From: Solirubrobacterales bacterium
GTDB taxonomy: Bacteria; Actinomycetota; Thermoleophilia; Solirubrobacterales; 70-9
DNA length: 64,000 nucleotides
Reading direction: 5' to 3'
Assembly (NCBI GenBank): GCA_038329895.1
Contig: JBBQNM010000004.1
Coordinates: forward strand, 1,115 to 65,114
In this document: piece after piece, positions 60,234-64,000 of the stretch
Layout of the letters: each line of letters begins with the position of its first letter
Position numbering within the stretch: position 1 is the first letter of the stretch
Notes under the pieces: model-generated
The model's input: only the letters and a program-made list of their open reading frames with translations
What the model was told of the DNA's origin: nothing
The model's database searches: none
Program-made: the position numbers and the translations under genes

Positions 60234-61442
60234 TTACACCTGTTTGACGCGAGTCGAGCGAGCGACCGCCCACGGGAGGGTTTCGAAGGCGAGCAGATCC
60301 TCATTCTCGTCAACACCGACTACCTGACCGAACAGCTCGAAGAATCGATCCGCGTCTAGGGCGTCCTCCGGTGCCCTGACGCCCGGCCCCTCGATCTCGC
60401 CTCGGCGCAAAAGCTCCAACCCGATCGCCAGAGGTAGTCCTGTGTTTCCCCCCATCTTGCCTGGCGGCCTGCATGCAAAGTGCACAGACACCGATTTCGG
60501 GCGCTCATCCACTTGACCACGCGCCAGCGCCCAGACCGCGGGCATCGGATCGCGTGGCGCGGGGCGAGTGGGTCTCGTGGGGTTGGCGAGCGCGGCAGCT
60601 CCCTCCTTAAGGTTGACCTCACCGTTGTCATACTCAGCTGCGGTCCGCCGCACGTTCTCGAAGATCCATTCCGGTCCCGACATCACATTCATGGAGTTTT
60701 GAAGAGTCGGGATGGATTGAGGAAGGGTCACCGGCTCCGGATGTCCGACGGAATAGAAGTCCGCTGGACCGATCCCGGGGTAATCCAGTTCTATTCGCTC
60801 AAGCGGAGTGACCTTGACCGACCTGCCGTTTCGCCATACAGGGACCGTGCCGCTGCATTGAAGGAGCCAATGCTCGACGGCCGCCGAAGCAGACCCCGAC
60901 GCGAGTGGGTAATTGGGCTCCTCCTCGGGGACCGCGCCCCACATCGACCAGCCGGTGAAAAGGTCATCCACGCGGTCGAGCTGTCGGGCGGCGAGGATCG
61001 CCAGCAAGTTCGATGAACCTGGACTGCCTCCGAGACCTTTGACCACCCGAAGCCCCCGGCGCCGGGCCTCGGCATCTAGCTTCAGTCCTTCAAGAGTGGA
61101 CTGCCAGTCATCGTCGATATCGAGGTAATGGCAATCGCAGTCGAGTGCGGCCTCGAGCACCGGTCGCGCGAACTTAGCGAAGGGGCCCAAGGTGTTCAGC
61201 ACCACGTCGCACTGGCGAAACAGCGTCCGCATCTCCCGGCCATCGGTGGCATCCAAACGAACAGGCCGGGTCGCCCCTCCGGCCTCGGTCGCCATGCGTT
61301 GCGCGCGCCCCAAGTCGACGTCCGCGATGAAAAGCGTCACCGCGCTGTCGAGCATGGTGATGAATCGGACCGCCCACCGACCCATCGATCCAGCCCCGCC
61401 GACGATCGCGACGGTTAGAGGTGAAAGGGTGCCTGGCGACAT
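60234..61442 (-). CDS. saccharopine dehydrogenase-like NAD(P)-binding protein (paralog 2)
   Basis: VAIVGGAGSMGRWAV, NTLGPFAKFARPVLEAALDCDCHYLDIDDD and GLGGSPGSSNLL are collinear with the 47117..48289 product. Confidence 0.8.
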   Translation of the reverse strand: MSPGTLSPLTVAIVGGAGSMGRWAVRFITMLDSAVTLFIADVDLGRAQRMATEAGGATRPVRLDATDGREMRTLFRQCDVVLNTLGPFAKFARPVLEAALDCDCHYLDIDDDWQSTLEGLKLDAEARRRGLRVVKGLGGSPGSSNLLAILAARQLDRVDDLFTGWSMWGAVPEEEPNYPLASGSASAAVEHWLLQCSGTVPVWRNGRSVKVTPLERIELDYPGIGPADFYSVGHPEPVTLPQSIPTLQNSMNVMSGPEWIFENVRRTAAEYDNGEVNLKEGAAALANPTRPTRPAPRDPMPAVWALARGQVDERPKSVSVHFACRPPGKMGGNTGLPLAIGLELLRRGEIEGPGVRAPEDALDADRFFELFGQVVGVDENEDLLAFETLPWAVARSTRVKQV

Positions 61443-61485
61443 CGAGCATCTGCAGCAGTGGGACCGAACTACATCATTTGCGTCT

Positions 61486-61501
61486 GTACGAACGTTTGTT
61501 C
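61486..61501. promoter_or_regulatory. operator candidate GTACGAACGTTTGTTC (site 3 of 3) in a divergent promoter region
   Basis: Lies between the starts at 61442 (-) and 61557 (+). Contains the AACGTTTGT core. Confidence 0.45.
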
Positions 61502-61556
61502 ATGATGCTAGCATCCGCCCGCTAAAGGACGCTGAGCCGAAGGGAACAAGGTCTAG

Positions 61557-62927
61557 ATGTCTTCCTATGCGGTCGTGAACCCGGCGACCGGGCAGACGAT
61601 CAAGCAGTACCCCACCCTGAGCGACGAGGAGCTGGAAAGTTCAATAGCTCGGGCCTCCGCCGCCCACGCCACATGGAGCACGGGACCTACGGTAGGCGAA
61701 CGGACAGAGGTCCTTGGCTGCGCGAGCGCCCTTCTGATCGAGCGCAGCAGAGAGCTCGGACTGAGCATCTCCCAGGAGATGGGAAAGCCCGTTCGAAGCG
61801 CCGTCGGCGAAGTGAAGTTCAGCGCGTCAATCTTCGAGTACTACGCCGAGCACGCCGAATCTCTCCTGGCCGACGTACCGCTTGACGTCACCAGCGGCGA
61901 GGGGTCCGCGTTTCTGCGCAGCACGTCACTGGGCGTGTTGCTCGGAATCATGCCCTGGAACTATCCGTATTACCAAGTGGCTCGATTTGTCGCGCCAAAC
62001 CTAGCTGCAGGCAACACCATCCTTCTGAAGCATTCCTCGCAGTGCCCCGAGTCGGCTGCGGCAATAGAGAAATTGCTCCATGAGGCGGGTGTTCCGACGG
62101 ACGCCTACATCAACCTCTACGCAACAGCGGACCAGGTCTCGCAGGTGATTGCGGATCCTCGCGTGCAGGGCGTGTCGCTGACCGGATCCGAGCGAGCCGG
62201 CTCAGCCATCGCCGAGCAAGCCGGCCGTCACCTGAAGAAGGTAGTGCTCGAGTTGGGCGGCTCAGACCCGTTCATTGTCCTTTCCGCGAGTGACCTCGAC
62301 TCCGTGGTAGATGACGCCGTCTCGGCTCGCATGAGCAACGCCGGCCAAGCCTGCAACGCGGCCAAGCGATTCATCGTGATCGAGCAGCTCTACGAGCCGT
62401 TTCTCCAAAAGGTGATCGCGAAGCTCTCCAATATGGCACCAGGCGACCCCACCGATGAGAACGTCCGGTTCGGCCCGCTGTCGTCTTCGGCTGCGGCTGA
62501 AGGTCTCGAGGATCAAGTCCGACGCGCCGTCGCAGAAGGTGCGACCCTCGCACTGGGTGGTGGCCGCCACGAGAATTTTTTTGAGGCGACCGTCCTGACG
62601 GATATTGCGCCCGACAATGAGGCAGGTCACGAAGAATTCTTCGGACCCGTTGCGCTCGTCTACAAGGCAGAATCAGAAAGCGGAGCGGTGGAGCTTGCGA
62701 ATGACACGCCGTTCGGTCTCGGCTCCTTCGTCATTTCTGACGATCGAGATCAGGCCATGCGTGTCGCGGACCAGATCAACGCCGGCATGGTCTTCATTAA
62801 TGCTGTCGGCGCAGAAGGTCCAGAGCTGCCCTTTGGCGGCGTGAAAGCCTCCGGCTTCGGGCGGGAGCTTGGTGCTCTCGGCATTAGTGAATTCGTCAAC
62901 AAAAAGCTGCACCGCCTCGGTGGGTAA
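61557..62927 (+). CDS. NAD(P)-dependent aldehyde dehydrogenase (succinate-semialdehyde dehydrogenase-like)
   Basis: LELGGSDP (catalytic Glu), NAGQACNAAKRF (catalytic Cys), EEFFGPV and PFGGVKASGFGRE blocks. Confidence 0.9.
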   Translation: MSSYAVVNPATGQTIKQYPTLSDEELESSIARASAAHATWSTGPTVGERTEVLGCASALLIERSRELGLSISQEMGKPVRSAVGEVKFSASIFEYYAEHAESLLADVPLDVTSGEGSAFLRSTSLGVLLGIMPWNYPYYQVARFVAPNLAAGNTILLKHSSQCPESAAAIEKLLHEAGVPTDAYINLYATADQVSQVIADPRVQGVSLTGSERAGSAIAEQAGRHLKKVVLELGGSDPFIVLSASDLDSVVDDAVSARMSNAGQACNAAKRFIVIEQLYEPFLQKVIAKLSNMAPGDPTDENVRFGPLSSSAAAEGLEDQVRRAVAEGATLALGGGRHENFFEATVLTDIAPDNEAGHEEFFGPVALVYKAESESGAVELANDTPFGLGSFVISDDRDQAMRVADQINAGMVFINAVGAEGPELPFGGVKASGFGRELGALGISEFVNKKLHRLGG

Positions 62928-63106
62928 TCGCATTTCAGTCCACTAGCACAGAACACCACGGCGGCGATATCGACGTGGCGGCCGGCAGCCTAATTGCGAT
63001 CCCGCAGAACCCGATCCCGCAGAACCTGATGTATCCCCTGACTCCCGAATTGAGCCCCTCTTGGGACCTCCAGGAATGTCTAGGTCGGAGATCAGCAACC
63101 TCGGGT

Positions 63107-63265
63107 AGGGCGCTTTGCGACTGGCTCGAGGGCCGCTTCGATCTGATCGTCTCGCCGCTTCTGCTCGACGAGCTGAGGCGAGCGCTGAGCCGCCTTTCAC
63201 CGCGGCCGCGGCAATCCCGATGTGCCGGTGAAACCGAGCTCCACCGCTATTTCGAACAGGTCTGA
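63107..63265 (+). pseudogene. possible PIN-family toxin remnant (C-terminal part only)
   Basis: RALCDWLEGRFDLIVSPLLLDELRRALS resembles the central part of TIGR00305-type PIN proteins. No N-terminal Asp-containing strand found. Confidence 0.25.
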
Positions 63266-63285
63266 CCACGAGCGAGGAGGAATCC

Positions 63286-63702
63286 ATGCCGCGTCCCGCG
63301 ATCGTCGATGAGCTTCTCAGCGGCCCCTACCCCTGCTGCGTCACGACGCTGGGTCCAAAGGGGGAGCCCTATGCGGTATATGTGTGGTGCGCGGCCGAGG
63401 GCGCGCGGGTGACGATCAACGCCGCCGAGGTGCGCTGGCTGAGCAATCTGCGCCGCGATCCGAGGATCTCGCTGGCAATCGTCGACACCGGCAACATCCT
63501 TCGCCATGTGACGATATTCGGCCGCGCGAGGAAGATCAGCGAAGACACCGACTACAAGCACATCGACTCGCTCTCGCAGATCTACGAGGGACGCCGCTAC
63601 CAGTACTCGACTCCCGACCAGGTGCCGAGGTACAAGGTCGTCGTCGAGCCGAAGAGCATCCGCACCCTCGACCACGATCCGCCGACGGAGGAGATCCGCT
63701 GA
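63286..63702 (+). CDS. pyridoxamine-5'-phosphate-oxidase-fold (PPOX-class, possibly F420-dependent) protein
   Basis: 138 aa. CCVTTLGPKGEPYAVYVW...RWLSNLRRDPRISLAIVD...HVTIFGRA pattern of split-barrel flavin/deazaflavin-binding proteins. Confidence 0.65.
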   Translation: MPRPAIVDELLSGPYPCCVTTLGPKGEPYAVYVWCAAEGARVTINAAEVRWLSNLRRDPRISLAIVDTGNILRHVTIFGRARKISEDTDYKHIDSLSQIYEGRRYQYSTPDQVPRYKVVVEPKSIRTLDHDPPTEEIR

Positions 63703-64000
63703 GAAGGCTGTTCGCTCAGGCAGGGTTCTCGGCGAGCGACCACCAGGCGTCAAGGAGACGGAATGCCAGCCTTGCAGCACTCTCGCCGCTACCCCTGCCC
63801 GCTCGCCTCACCACCGTTTAAGAACATTACCCAGGCCCAGGACGGAACCTTGCCCCCCGGGGGCCGCCGAAAAGGGACGCAGCGTCGCGGTGCAACAAAC
63901 CGCCGCGCCAAATGCTCACGGATGAACCGTCGAACCAGGCTCCAAGTCGCCTGCTCGGAAGCTGGGTCGCGCGTCAGAGCAGTTGAACCGGCCCAGGTCC

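Noticed and set aside
62997-63024. CRISPR-like or other repeat array
   Set aside because: There are only two adjacent 14-nt copies with no spacers. No CRISPR array or cas genes occur anywhere in the window.

Overview
This is a high-GC window (sampled 60-nt blocks give about 67% GC in the left half) from an actinobacterium-like chromosome. That placement is an inference from gene content: F420 biosynthesis, a DivIVA-domain protein, DtxR-type regulator plus MntH, and many GTG/TTG starts with 4-nt overlaps. All homology calls are by-eye motif recognition on the supplied ORF translations; nothing was searched.

Three blocks stand out.

(1) 1-33.2 kb is core genome. It holds PlsC-like acyltransferase and YgfZ-like genes, a DtxR-type regulator with an IdeR/DtxR-like operator, and mntH. 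It also holds an NMT1-like lipoprotein, a secreted metallophosphoesterase with a His/Gly tail, and an aquaporin. F420 genes follow: fbiC, then an npdG-cofD-cofC-cofE operon on the opposite strand. The rest are leucine/ketone-body type genes (HMG-CoA lyase, carboxyltransferase beta, acetoacetyl-CoA synthetase), a GGDEF+HD-GYP protein, and a cluster of five tRNAs: Leu-CAA, Leu-TAG, Trp, Gly, Pro. Two selfish-nuclease-like genes sit against tRNAs: a LAGLIDADG-like ORF fused in frame to an M28 peptidase, and a frameshifted HNH gene.

(2) 33.3-47.0 kb is a composite, decayed integrative island at tRNA-Pro. At least six tRNA-derived fragments mark it. It carries an RHH gene, a multiply frameshifted P4/D5-type primase, a frameshifted and truncated serine recombinase, and an AbiU2/HEPN-like gene. 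It also has a translationally coupled 4-gene m5C methyltransferase / endonuclease / Vsr / zinc-ribbon operon. Next comes a strong promoter driving a structured RNA that ends in a UUCG-tetraloop terminator, followed by small ORFs. Finally there is a 3.5-kb cassette bounded by inverted repeats that encodes two large uncharacterised proteins with HEPN-like and split PIN-like motifs. This cassette is my best candidate for an undescribed defence/toxin module.

(3) 47.1-63.7 kb is a lower-GC (about 58% in sampled blocks) catabolic cluster. It contains two saccharopine-dehydrogenase-like paralogs, a choline-kinase-fold kinase, an FAD oxidoreductase, an SDR and a class II aldolase. It also holds a CUT2-type ABC transporter, TetR, acyl-CoA synthetase, SurE and an aldehyde dehydrogenase. 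A shared AACGTTTGT operator-like motif sits in three promoter regions.

I recognised no rRNA, CRISPR array, transposase or tyrosine integrase. Many long ORFs in the track are antisense or run-on shadows typical of high-GC DNA and were rejected.
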